Part shown: positions 36,590 to 49,384 of the stretch, one piece after another
Layout of the letters: each line of letters begins with the position of its first letter
How positions within the stretch are numbered: the first letter of the stretch is position 1
NCBI RefSeq assembly: GCF_016433145.1
Contig: NC_058131.1
Coordinates: 593,338,549 to 593,402,548, forward strand
Source: Gracilinanus agilis
Taxonomy: Eukaryota
Reading direction: 5' to 3'
Length of the DNA: 64,000 nucleotides
Position numbers and translations under genes: made by a program
The notes under the pieces: model-generated
The model's database searches: none
Told to the model about the DNA's origin: nothing
Seen by the model: the letters and a program-made list of their open reading frames with translations, nothing else

Positions 36590-36925
36590 TTATTGTTCAC
36601 TCATTTCAGCTGTGTCCATCTCTTCCTGATCCCATTTGGAATTTTCTTGGAAAAGAAGCTGGAGTTGTTTGCCATTTCCTTCTCCAGCTCACTTTACAGT
36701 TGAGGAAACTGAGACCAACAAAATTAAGTGACATTCCCAGGGTCACACATCTAAAAATGGTTTGCATTTCTTTCTCCAGATAATTTTATAGTTGAGGAAA
36801 CTGAAGCAAACAGGGTTAAGTGGCTTGCTCAGGGTCACAGTGGTAGTAAGTGTCTGAGGCAGGATCTGAACTTAGATTTCTTGACTGCAGACCTAGAGCT
36901 CTATTCACTGAACCACTTAGCTACC
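36590..36925 (-). mobile_element. MAR1 SINE with duplicated CORE
   Basis: ttt(ac/at)agttgaggaaactga...cagggtcaca occurs twice in tandem. Confidence 0.8.
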
Positions 36926-37064
36926 TTTGCACATAACAGACACAATAAATGTTGAATTGTCTAGATGTTAAAAAGTCTACCCTCAAGAATTTGTGCCTGT
37001 TAAGACTGTTATTTTAAGCTGACCATTGAGCATTCTTTCATTCATGATGAATGACTTGGCAAGC

Positions 37065-37247
37065 ACTGCCAAAAGCATAGCATAATCAGCATCACTGTAA
37101 AATCAGCTCTTTTTGTAGTGACCAAGAACTGGAAACTGAAGGGATGCCCATCATTTGGCAAATGGTTGAACAAGTATCCTATTTGGTTGTAATGGAATAC
37201 TATCATAACATATGAAATGACAAACAAAATGATCACACACACACACT

Positions 37248-37307
<60 letters not shown>

Positions 37308-37715
37308 CCTGGAAAGACTTATATGAAGTGATGCAAAGTGAAGTGAGCAGAACCAGGAGAAGATCGTACACTGTAACAACAATAATGTATGATGATCAAC
37401 TATGAATTACTTAACTATTATCAAAAAGGCAAGGATCTAGGACAACTCTAAGGGACTCATGACAAAAAAAAAGGAACTGATAGAGCTTGAATGTAGATTG
37501 AAGAATATTTATTTTTATTTACTTTATTTCTTTACTTTATTTCCTCCATGAGTTTTTCTCTAGTGTAATGTGTCTCATTTCACAACATGATGAACAGAGA
37601 AATATGTATTATATGATTATATATATACATATATATGTATATATAGACAACCTATATCACATTCTTTGCATTCTAGGGGAGGGGAGATAGATGAGAGGGA
37701 GGAAAAATAAAAAAA
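37065..37715 (+). mobile_element. old L1 3' end containing (CA)n at about 37233-37302
   Basis: ctggaaactgaagggatgcccatcatttggcaaatggttgaacaag; gtgagcagaaccaggagaa. Confidence 0.85.
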
Positions 37716-38609
37716 AATGAGACAGATTTTTGGACATAGCTACTGTGAGAATTTGTTTTTCTTGGATAATCATATGTATTTTAATTTGTTACATATTTAT
37801 AAAATCATTCGTATTATATTGTTATATTACATATTGTATTATGTTATGTATTTTTAAAATAAATGGTAACCAAAAAAAGATGAAATCTGAGACTAAATCA
37901 ATAGGAATGTATTTATAATCTAATACTATTAAAAACAAGCTCACCTCTAGCAGTAGTTGGAGTTGTGTAAATAGGAGTTAAGAGGAAAAAGTATAGCAGC
38001 TTTTAAAATATGACAAGGTGGGAAATTAAGAGTTTCACATAAATATAGCCCAAATATTTTGTCAATAATTATCTAGATATTTTATTTAAACTGTTTAATT
38101 CTGTAAAAATGCCTTAAGCAATTACTATGTGAAAATCACTGTTTTATGATTTGAAGTAATCTGTACAGTTGCTGAAATAATCTGTTTCAATGAAAAGACA
38201 TTTAATTGATCTTAGTTACATGAAGAATATTAGTTATTAAGAGAGTAATTAAGTGTTCCAGGAAAACAAAAGTTAACTTATTCACATTTCCACAAAAATT
38301 TAGTAAGTCCAATATCATTTTAAGTTTCTATAAATTCTATATATTCAACTTCCCAAAAATAACAAAAATATTGGGATTTTTTTGTAATCAACTTAAAGAG
38401 GACATCCTGGTCCCTCTGGAAGATTAAGTTTTTATGTCTTTCTCTAAGAAATAAACCACATCCCACAAAAAAAATAAAGGAAATTATTAGTACATTTTAT
38501 AGACCTGTCATGATGATTATAGTGGTGCTTTTAATGTAAATGACAAGATGGCCCCTTCCTATCTTCCTGATGTTCTTTTGTATGATTCCCTTCTGTATAG
38601 TCTATAGTG

Positions 38610-38960
38610 TAGCCATATAGTGTACCCCTACTTGTTATTAATTAAATAGGTTCTATCTTTTTGTCTTTGGACTCTCTATCCATCCTTCAAGCCTGGAATG
38701 TTTGCTTTCCTCACTTCCACCTATTTAAAGCTAATTATTATTATTGCAAGACTCAGTTGTAATGCTGTCTTCTGCAAGATGCTTGGGAAAGCATCCCAAG
38801 ATGCTTTCTTCTCTAAGACTACCTTCCATCCACTCTGTATGTATCTTAAATATAACTACGTGTAGAAATGCTGACTCCTCCACCAGAATATAAGCTCCTT
38901 GAGGGAAAGGGTGTTTCTGCCCACTCTAAGTGCTCAATAAATATATTTGATTGATTCTTA
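38610..38960 (+). mobile_element. L2 3' end
   Basis: gaatataagctccttgagggaaaggg...aagtgctcaataaatatatttgattgatt. Confidence 0.8.
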
Positions 38961-39164
38961 TTAACAGTTATAATATACCTAACAAGAGTTGACTTAACAC
39001 AACCAATACAACAAATATCATACAATAGTCAACAGCTTTAGGGTTGTTTCTCCCATGTATGAATTACTACCATTATGCTTCAATAGGAATAGAAAAAGAA
39101 TCCTTCTATCTGAGAGGAAAAATGGAGTTTACTTCCAGCACCATTAGTATTTTGGATGTAGGAT

Positions 39165-39560
39165 CAAGTTATAAAATTAAAGAGGCATAGAAATTCAGAG
39201 TTGGGACACATTGACAGGTCATCTAGTATTACCAATACCCAAATAAGAATAGCCTCTATGATATTCCTGACAAGTGGTCATCCAGCTTTCCACTAAAACC
39301 CACTAATAATAGAAACACACTGCTGGTCATAGAAACCCATTGCACATTGGGAAAATGTTTATTTTTAGGAAGTTTTTCCCCCCTTACATCAAGCCAAAAG
39401 CTGTTTTACTAAAACATTTTCCTTAGTTTTGTTCCTAGTTCTGCCATCTGGGGCTAAGTAGAGCAAATCTAATCCTTCTTCCAAATCAACACAATTAGTT
39501 CCCACTTTCCAAGTCTTTTCTTATCTAGACTAAACATTCCCATTTCCTTCATCTGATCCT
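39165..39560 (-). mobile_element. L3/CR1 3' fragment
   Basis: ctatgatattcctgacaagtggtcatccagc...ttaggaagtttttccc...ctgccatctggggctaagtagagcaaatctaatcc. Confidence 0.7.
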
Positions 39561-40548
39561 CATTCCATACAACATAAATGCTTGTCTTCTTTCTCTCTCA
39601 ATTTTTTTCAAAGAACCCACTCCATAAGTTAGCAGATACAAATGAGAATAGACCCTTTATGTATGGATGGGTAACTGTACATCCTGGTGCAGGGAATCCG
39701 TGAGTTAGTGAAAGTGCAAAAATTCAAAACTCCTTTGGGCTGTACAATTGAGCCCTGAATCTCTCAAAAGACTCAGAATCTTCACTGGATCTTTGAATGG
39801 CTAGGTCACTCATCCAGGTAAATGAAACCTGGGTCACCCTTAAATTGGGCCAATCAAATCAAAAAAAAATTTATTAAGCACCTCTATGTGTCAGGTTCTT
39901 TGTTAGGTGGTTGGACTATCCAAATATCCCCAGCTGGGCAAATTTAAAGAACAAAAAATCTCAGCTGGTAAGGGGCTTGGATTAGGATGGCAGTGTAGTT
40001 AAATTTTACTTCTAGATCATAAACTATTTAACAGAAAAGTTCATTTGGCCACAAAAAATTAATAATGAATGAAACGTGAATTATATGAAAGTCAGTACAC
40101 CAACCATTGAGGACAGGAATATTAAAGCAGAGATAACCCTCCTCTCAAGGAGCTCATATTCTAATGAAGGGAAATAACATGATCCTTATAAGAGAATTCA
40201 GCTACAAGTCAGATGGAAAGTCCCTCTCCCCATGGTCTAGCTTCCAGAATGAAAGGATGTAGTTGCAAAGCAGATGATGATACATCCTTTTTAATGTCAT
40301 CCCCACTATTAAAATAATGTTTCTGATTTTAAACCATTAAACAACACCAAAGACTTTGGTTGTCACATATTCTTTTCTGGGACTTTAGTAGCTACATTAG
40401 CAGTTGTCAGTTTAAATCTCCACAGGATTGCTCCCCAGCATGATGGCTGTAAGACCAAGTCCTAGAGTGTTACCTGAGGTCTAGAAAGATGATATGACTT
40501 GCCTGAGGTAGTCACCTAAGCTCCCCATGAGTAAAGAGTGGCATGGCA

Positions 40549-40753
40549 GGGGGCATCTAAATGGCTCAGTGGATTGAGATCCAAGTATAGTGTTGAAAGA
40601 TCCTGGTTTCAAATCTAGCCTCAAACACTTCTTAGCAATTTGACCCAAGGCAAGTCAATTAACAACCCCCCACCATTGCCTAGCCATTACTGCTCTTCTG
40701 CCTTGGAACTAATACACAGTATTGATTCGAAGCTGAGAGGTAAGGATTTTTTT
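40549..40753 (+). mobile_element. SINE1_Mdo-like SINE
   Basis: Full head and tail; TSD about (g/a)tg(g/a)catggca at 40538-40548 and 40754-40764. Confidence 0.9.
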
Positions 40754-40769
40754 ATGACATGGCAGCCAA

Positions 40770-41275
40770 AAAAGTGAATCTTGTGAGCAGATCTAGTATC
40801 TAGAAAATCTAGTATCCAGAAAAAGGAACAAAATAGGTCTATTCTATTCTGATCTGCTCAGAAAATATGTGAATGACTATATTCATTTCTGGGCATCTAT
40901 TTTTATACAAACAAACTGGATCAAATCCAGAAGGTGACTGGGATGCTAAGAGGTCCAGAGAATGTGCTACAAGAGGATTAGTTGAAGAAACCATCAATGT
41001 TAAGGCTGGGGAAGGGGATGTAGGGAAGATGTAATAGCATCTTTAAGAATTCAAAGAATGGTTATATGGGGGAAAAAAGATTAGAGTTGTTCTATTTGCC
41101 CCTTGAGTGTAGAGCTAAGAAAACTGACTAGAACCTGAAGAGAGGCAAATCTATTTTTGATATAAGGAAAAACTTCCTGACAATTTAAAGTAACCAAAAA
41201 TGGAGTCAGTTGCCTCAAGAGGCAGTAAGTTTCCCCATACTAAACATTTTAAAGCAAAGATGACATTGAATAGTC
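40770..41275 (+). mobile_element. L3/CR1 3' end
   Basis: ataaggaaaaacttcctgacaatt...ggagtcagttgcctcaagaggcagtaagtttcccc. Confidence 0.8.
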
Positions 41276-41293
41276 AGGTAAAAAGTATTCAGT

Positions 41294-41487
41294 GAGGCAG
41301 CTAGATTACCCAGTGGTTTTAGAGCTAGATCTGGAGATAAGAGGTCTTGGGTTCAAATTTGACCTCAGATACTTCCCAGTTATGTGACACCAAATAAATC
41401 ATTTAACACTTAATCCCCATTGCTTAGACCTTACCACAATTCTACCTTGGATCCAACATTCTAAGATGGAAATTAAGAGTTTTTTTT
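41294..41487 (+). mobile_element. SINE1_Mdo-like SINE
   Basis: gaggcagctag...gggttcaaatttgacctcagatacttccc...ccccattgcttagaccttacca; flanked by aaaaagta. Confidence 0.85.
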
Positions 41488-43580
41488 TAAAAAGTACCCA
41501 GGTATGGAGTTGACCAGATGGCATTTTAGAATCCAATATAATTTGGAGATGTTTTAATGGAAATAACTGGGGCTGACCAAATTACAAAGCCAGCAGCCCA
41601 CTAAGAATGGGATGCAATTTTAAATATTATAGAACATGTCCAGGTATTCAGTCCAAGAATGCAGACTTGGACCCTGCCAACCACATTCCACCCATAAGAT
41701 GGTAGAAGGGACTTTGTACAATATAGTCTCTAACTCCTAACATTTCCTATTCAGTTTTGCTCATGTAGTTTGTGAGAGAGGGGATAAAAAAGAATCATGT
41801 TTGGAAATTATGATGAAAAATTCAAGAAATAAATATGCCTCAATCTAAGTGAATCTTCATTTTCCAGATATCTACAAAGAGCATAAAATTGAAGATTTAT
41901 AAGTAGGAGAAATAATTGACAAAAGCAGAAAAATGAGATTTATGAACTTCCATGCCAGTTTAAAGTTTTTCTCTCCATCTCTCTCCCCCCAATTTCCTTT
42001 TTGGAAAATGATTGTTTTCTGTATCTGTTAAATACTAAGTGATAATAACTTTATTATCATGTTGATGGTTTCTCTGGTTCTCAAAATTCTGCCTACTTCT
42101 CAGATGGAAAAACAAATAGATTTAGACGACTGAGATCCCCCACATTTCAAAAGCATGTAGCTCCATTTAGTTAAAAAAGAAAGTTAATTCAATTAATAAA
42201 TTTCTAATTTCTTTCTTTTAATTACATTCATCAATGAGTTCATCAATGTGAGTACTCCCTCCAATGCTGCATACTGCATCCTGTCTGGCCTTTAATTTGT
42301 GCAAATCATCCATATACTCTAGTAGATCCTCCATTGAAAGGGCATATATATATATATATATGCATATATATTGCATGCCATTCAATATTTCTAATATGCT
42401 ACAATCTATTAACCCATGATGTATATTTCTCTAGCACCTTTTAGTTGACTCATTCTTTTAATTATTTGAAGGCTGGATAGTTTATAGTTCACAGACAGAA
42501 GAATATTCATGCTTAAAAACATAGTTTTGGTTCTGTTGTAATGACTGATGGTTCACAGAAGAATATATGTGTTAAAATTTTTTATTTTGCTCAATTAGGT
42601 TTAGAGATTCAATATGCTGTAAAATTTTTCAAATGTAATGTGTCTGTTCTCTTTCTTGAGTTCAATTTTTGGTCAAGCTCTTTATCTCCATTTTGTCTAT
42701 CCAAGATATACATACTGATATTTATCTATGGGTTATCTATGGGCTATTCATCCTATTGACTCTGTTAGTCTGAGCAATAAACATTCTTCCTCCACTTGAT
42801 TTTCCTGTGTGAATTGTTAAGTTGAACACTTTCAAGGAATTATGATTGCTCATTTAGAAGAATCAATAAGAATCTAGGTCTTGAGGCAATCGAGATAATA
42901 TTATCTACAAAAAAAGATCATCTGGAGAATTTCATCATATAAGGAAATTACTTTTTCACTTGGATTCTCCATTGGTCATGCATATAATTGGCAAATACCT
43001 TTAGTGTGTGTGTGTATAATCCTGTTTTATGTCTCAATTGATATTAGTAGCAAAAAGTACAAAGAAATTTTTTCTGGTGTATCTATCAAGGCATCTTGTA
43101 TTATCTTAAAGTATGGTTCTAAAGACGCAAGGTTAGAACTAAGCTTTCAAGGTTACATTTTGTTCTACAAAATTAAAAAATTATAATCATAAGACAACAA
43201 ACATAATAGAATCTTATATCCAACTTTTTCATGCAAATGTGCAATCATCAACACGTGATCTGCTATGAAATATTACTTTTGTAAACTTTGCCCATTCCTT
43301 CTCATGTATTCATCAAAGAGGTCCTCAATACATCTATAAATTATTCTTAAAGACTTTGAAAAAGTTAAAAAATAGAATATAAGTTGGTAGTATTTAATAT
43401 CTTCATGGCCACCATTTGGCATCTATCTTTTTTTAATTGTCACCTCTAGCACATACTTCCTCTGGGTATACAAGCTGTTCCAGCTTTTCTGTCTTTATAT
43501 TCTTTAATAAAATTTCTACTTTGGGAAACACTTGATTTTAAACTACAAATATGGAGTTGCTCCCATTGATGAACAAAATA

Positions 43581-44058
43581 CAAGTATCCCTTCCACATCA
43601 CAATTTTCTCCATCATGGTTTCAGCATAAGAAATTATTATTATTATTGGGGGGAGTTTTGTAGAAGCCACAAACACATGAAGGCCAGCAGATGACATAAA
43701 AAATGTATAGAAACTCATAAATGCATAAACTATTTGTATAATATGATATAATATCAATATATGTTATCTTTTAAAACCATAAGTATATAAAATTTCTTTT
43801 TTAAAGTTAAAATAAGTAAAAAGTTAAAGTTTGCAAAAAGAATATGAAAATCAGCAGACAACATACAAAGGCTAGAAATGTAGAAATGTTTTTAAAAGTT
43901 TGAAAACTTTTATAAATATATGTAAGTTCTCTAAATAATACATAAAAGAAAAAGGAAAAGAAAAATTTCTTTTATGGTATTGAGGGCCAAAAAATTTTAT
44001 GTGGATTTTCCAGAGTGAAACAAACCCCTAGTTCCCCAAGATGTGGAAAAGATACTTA
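43581..44058 (+). mobile_element. TcMar-Tigger MITE (MarsTigger-like)
   Basis: TA|caagtatcccttccacatc ... gatgtggaaaagatactta|TA: TIRs plus TA TSD. Confidence 0.85.
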
Positions 44059-44630
44059 TAATTTGCTGTAGAAATATTGAATGATCTTTTTCTATTTTTC
44101 CCCTCTATTTTTTTTACCCTCCAACTTTCTATCTTAAATTTGTCCCTGAGGTGATATGACTTAATTGGGTCTCATGACAAGCTTTCTTATTTCACCCTCC
44201 TCTGATTCTAAGCATTTTAGGAGGCATGCTAAATAATTTTACATTCTAAGCTAGTTCACTGTTGGTTGATAGCATGGGGATCAAGGATTTGCAGACTAAG
44301 GCAATTTCCATGCTCCTTTAACCTCTTTCTTGTGCCAGTGACTTTCTATCACTTTAACTTCTGCAATGAAATTACGATAATCTTTACTGAAATCTATTCC
44401 TTTATCCATGTCCCACATTTAGATTTAATGGCTTGTTTTAAAAGGTCAGCTTGAATTTGCTTTAATTATACTCAATTTCTTCTTATTTTATTCATTCTAC
44501 TAATTTGCTGCTGATTATAACCTTGGTCAAACAAATCAGTGATTTCACTAAATGCAAATGAATGATCTAGAAGTACCTTCCCACACCACTAACCATCCAT
44601 TTCCTGTCTGTTAAGGTATACTCAGTTACA

Positions 44631-45475
44631 CTGACTGGAAAGACCTCCAGGAATTGATGTAGAGTGAAAGGAGCAGAGCCAGAAGAACATTGTACACACA
44701 GACTGATACACTGTGGTAAAATAGAATGTAATGGACTTCTGTACTAGCAGCAATGCAATGACCCAGGACAGTTCTGAGGAACTTATGGTAAAGAACACTA
44801 CCCACATTCAGAGGAAGAACTGCAGGAGTGGAAACACAGAAGAAAAGCAACTGCTTGAACACATGGGTTGAGGCGGACATGATTGGGGATGTAGACTCGG
44901 AACTACCATACCAATGCAACTATCAACAATTTGGAAATAGGTCTTGATCAATGACACATGTTAAAACCAGTGGAAACCAGCACATTGGCTATGGGTGGGG
45001 GNNNNNNNNNNNNNNNNNNNNNNNNNNNNNNNNNNNNNNNNNNNNNNNNNNNNNNNNNNNNNNNNNNNNNNNNNNNNNNNNNNNNNNNNNNNNNNNNNNN
45101 NNNNNNNNNNNNNNNNNNNNNNNNNNNNNNNNNNNNNNNNNNNNNNNNNNNNNNNNNNNNNNNNNNNNNNNNNNNNNNNNNNNNNNNNNNNNNNNNNNNN
45201 NNNNNNNNNNNNNNNNNNNNNNNNNNNNNNNNNNNNNNNNNNNNNNNNNNNNNNNNNNNNNNNNNNNNNNNNNNNNNNNNNNNNNNNNNNNNNNNNNNNN
45301 NNNNNNNNNNNNNNNNNNNNNNNNNNNNNNNNNNNNNNNNNNNNNNNNNNNNNNNNNNNNNNNNNNNNNNNNNNNNNNGGGGGGGGTAGTTGGGGGGGTG
45401 GAGGGGAAAGTAAGAGCATGAATCATGTAACCATGTTAACTTTTCTAAAAAATAAAAATTATTAATTGAAAAAAA
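44631..45475 (+). mobile_element. 5'-truncated L1 (3'UTR) spanning gap 45002-45378
   Basis: Closely similar to 20250-20690; TSD tatactcagttaca at 44617-44630 and 45480-45493. Confidence 0.95.
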
Positions 45476-46734
45476 AAGATATACTCAGTTACATTTTTCA
45501 AGATTAGGTGATACTTTCCAGATCACTTCTTCTTGAAGAAACTATTCATGATATATTAACATTGAGATTCTGTAATGTCTATGAATCTTTGACCTTTTTA
45601 ATTTTAATTCTGTCATACTTTCCAATGTCTATTTATTATAAAATAAACCATGTTTTCTTTAAATTTCACATAACAAATGTGATATTTTTATGAGAAATCA
45701 AATATACATAATACATTTTTATATTCTTAAACTCACAAAATTACTTTAGAGCTAGAAAGGATGCTAAAAATAATAAGTATTGTATACAATTGCATTTCCC
45801 CAAAAATATGTCCATTATTCAAGAAGGGTGGTAAAGGAAATTTTTACTCTCCTACACCATTAAATTTGCCAGAAATTTAAAATCTCTAGTCAACAGTTGG
45901 ATACTAGGAAGTACATAGTCTGAGTTTGAGTCTGGACACTACAAGAAATTCTCCTAGGGAATTCACTAAAGTTAAATGGCTTTTTTGCCTCATTTATTCT
46001 CTATTAATATGAACTGTCACTTTATAATCATTTGAGTCACAAATATGCCTTAGAGACCAAGTGAAGAGAGCAATGACTTGAAAACAATATTGTGAACTAA
46101 AACCTTTGGCACATTGAGGAAAAAAATAGTACACATTCAGGCAAAACATCACATAAATGTCACAACAACTCAGTCAATATGTCCAAAAATGAGAAAGAAG
46201 AAAGGAGGGATCAATCTCCATGATCTAAAAATCGATAGAAAAAGGAACAGCAGTTATTTTTTCTTCTAATTTTCTAAACTGTTCTTGGATTAGTGGATTG
46301 TTTTCTTAGGATATCTAATAGCAGGGTCATAACTAAAATAAAGCAATTGATCTTTGCACCTATAAACCAATAAAATAGGAAGGAATAACAACATGGATAC
46401 TTATTTAGCATCTTAGAAACAATTGAGTTCAGGAGGAGTTAGCAAGAATAATTAGTTAAACTAGGACACATACTTTTAGATCTACTTCCAAAGTGAACTT
46501 TTCCCCAGCCCCTCTAACCTGCCACCTCCCTGCCACACATATATTGGCCCAGCAACAGCCTCAAGATGTCCTTGGCATCTCTCTATATCCCTGTCCAGCT
46601 GAATTTTTTTAAGACTTGATTAAATGGCATGGCTCATCATGTTTGCCTTAAGAACCAAGATTACTACTGAAAGCTTTGCCCAATGGTGTCATTTAGCATT
46701 GCCAGAAACTCTAAGACTATCTCAAGATAAAGAT

Positions 46735-46860
46735 TTAGTAAATCAATAAAAAAAAAAAAGGATTTATTAAGCATCTACTATGTGCTAAAAACTAAGGAAA
46801 TAAAAACAAAAAAATGAAACAATCTCTGTTCTCAAGGAGCTTATAATGTGTTTGGGGAGA
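46735..46860 (-). mobile_element. L2 3' end (continues at 47900-49250)
   Basis: atttattaagcatctactatgtgcta...ctctgttctcaaggagcttataat. Confidence 0.8.
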
Positions 46861-46929
46861 TTACATATGTATATGTATGTGTGTATATATACACATCTGT
46901 ATATGTACAAATATACATGTATATATATA

Positions 46930-47708
46930 CACATATACCCCATTTTATTACATTTCAAAAATATTGCGTTTTTCACAAATTGAAGGTTTATGGCAACCCT
47001 CCATTGAGCAAGTCCATTGGTGCTATGTTTCAACCAAATGTGCTCACACCATGTCTCTGTGCCCCATTTTGGGAATTCTCACAATATTTCAAACATTTCC
47101 ATAATTATTATATTCATTCTGGTGATCTGTGATTAGTGATCTTTGATGTTACTATTATAATTGTTTTGGGGTGCCACAAACTATACCCAAATAAGATGGC
47201 AAACTTAATTGATAAATGAAATGTGTTCTGACTGCCCCACTGAGCAGCTCTTCCCCATCTCTCTCCCTCTCCTTAAGACTCCCTATTCTCTGAAATAACA
47301 ATATTGAAACTGGACCAATTAANNNNNNNNNNNNNNNNNNNNNNNNNNNNNNNNNNNNNNNNNNNNNNNNNNNNNNNNNNNNNNNNNNNNNNNNNNNNNN
47401 NNNNNNNNNNNNNNNNNNNNNNNNNNNNNNNNNNNNNNNNNNNNNNNNNNNNNNNNNNNNNNNNNNNNNNNNNNNNNNNNNNNNNNNNNNNNNNNNNNNN
47501 NNNNNNTAATATTGATTAGGATTTTTTAACAATATTTTAGTTATGGTATAAGATCATACTATTGCATGCTTAATAGACAACAGTATAGTATAAACATAAT
47601 CTTTATATGTACCGGGAAACCAAAAAATTTGTGTGACTTATCTTAATGTGATATTCGCTTTATGCAGTGGTCTGGAACCAGAACTGCAGTATCTCCAAGG
47701 TATCCTTG
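46930..47708 (+). mobile_element. Tigger1-like DNA transposon, apparently internally deleted, with gap 47323-47506
   Basis: TA|cacatataccccattttatt...caaattgaaggtttatggcaaccct... and gggaaaccaaaaaatttgtgtgac...atctccaaggtatccttg|TA match recalled Tigger1 termini. Confidence 0.9.
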
Positions 47709-47832
47709 TATCTATATGTAATGTGTATTTATATTTTACTTGGCTTTATATTTTTATGTATCATATAAACATACATTATAACTATGTGTCATATATAATG
47801 TGTAGGTAAATAGATAAAAGAGAGAGAGAGAA

Positions 47833-47863
<31 letters not shown>

Positions 47864-47899
47864 AAGAGATACACACAAAGAATAGATACAAAGTGAAAC

Positions 47900-49250
47900 A
47901 CAATATAGAACACATACAACCTGGTTAGGGAAGGTCAGTACCAGTAGTTGGGGGTACTGGCTTTATATAAAAGATGGCATTAAAGCTGCATCCTGAAGAG
48001 AGAAATTCTAGAGGCAGAGGTAAGGAGGATAAGCATGGGAGAATGACCAGTGCAAGGACATAAAGATGGGGAAAGGTTTGTCTTGTTAAAGAATGGAGAG
48101 AAAGCCAGTTTACTAGGACCATAATGAATGGGAAATAGATCAACATATAATAAAGTTGAAAAATAAGTTGGAGTCAGGTTATAATGGGCAAAGAAGTTAA
48201 ACAGAGGGGGCAGCTGGGTGCCTAAGTGGATTGAGAGCCAGCCTCAGAGACAGGAGGTCCTGGATTCAAATCTGACCTCAGATATTTTTTAGATCTGTGA
48301 CCCTGGGCAATTGCCTAGCCCTTACCACTCTTCTGCCTTGGAACCAATACAAAATCTTGATTCTAAGATGGAAAATAGGGGTTTAAAAAAAAGTTAAACA
48401 GAATTTAGGAAAGCAGGAACCCAATTAACTAGAAGACTACAAGAGGAAACATCAATCTATGTTTAGCTGTGTGCAATTGGATGTTAGTAGTGCTTTAAGA
48501 GTTAAAATTTTACACAGGATGGTAAAAAACAGCGTTCAGGAGAAACAACATACTAAGGAAGTCTACACAAATAATACATTTATCCAGATATAAATTGTCT
48601 ATGGGGAAAGTTGCTCTCAAACTTTCCCAGAAGTTTGGTCACTAGTTGAAACAATGAAAAATATGTTCTCCATAAACAGAAATATCAGGAAACTGTGGTA
48701 TGGGGCATTGGGAAAGAAAAACTTCCTCATTTAGGGGAGGGAATCGCTTTTAAAAATACTTACATAGTTGAGTTTCCTTGCTGTAGTTAAGGATTAAAAC
48801 TGTTGATTTGAACATGATATTGCTGCCACATCTGAATCAAACAGATGAAGATTTATTCTGAAGTTTGTTCTAAGCCAAACAGAGGAATTTATGATTGATC
48901 CTGGAGGCAAAAAGAACCAAAGTTTATTGCATAGATCTAATATGTGCTTGCAGGAAGTCACTTTGGTAGTTGTGCTGTGTGGAAGACAAATTAAAGTGAG
49001 GAATGGCTTGAGAGAAAGTGAACAATCAGAAAACCGCTTCAACAGTCCAAGCCAGAAGCTATGAGGACCTAAACTAAACTAAGATAGTAGCTGTGTGAGT
49101 AGAGAGAAATGTCAGACTGAAAGATGTGGAGATAAAAAACAGCAAGATTTGGCAACTGAAAATATATGTGAGGGAAAGGAGAATGAGAAGTTGAGGCTGT
49201 CACTGTAGAGGGGTAAAGGCAATCATCCCAGCCAACCTCATTCTTATTCT
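47900..49250 (-). mobile_element. L2 body fragments (with SINE and unique inserts)
   Basis: gagaaattctagaggcagaggtaagga; ttgattgatcctggaggcaa...; agcaagatttggcaactgaaaatatatgtgagg. Confidence 0.7.
48206..48390 (+). mobile_element. SINE1_Mdo-like SINE
   Basis: 12-bp TSD aagttaaacaga at 48194-48205 and 48391-48402. Confidence 0.95.
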
Positions 49251-49384
49251 CCAGGCTCCGATATCTCCCCACAACATTCAGTCTGTATAAATTAGAGGTA
49301 TTCCTAAAAAAGCAAATTCCAAAGTTCCGGTCCTGACTCGTTCAATATTCATCCAGGTTTACTTCTGCAAATATGTGTTGTTGA

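Noticed and set aside
12359-37945. Four minus-strand NAGAG|GTRAG motifs (12359, 33315, 35261, 37945) as recursive splice sites
   Set aside because: Recursive sites need YAG directly before GT. These have GAG, a very poor acceptor, and such donors are expected by chance in 64 kb.
44951-45465. Long ORFs here and at 60-480, 3390-3662, 35539-36056, 47155-47532 and 60661-61005
   Set aside because: They read through N gaps (X-filled) and are artefacts.
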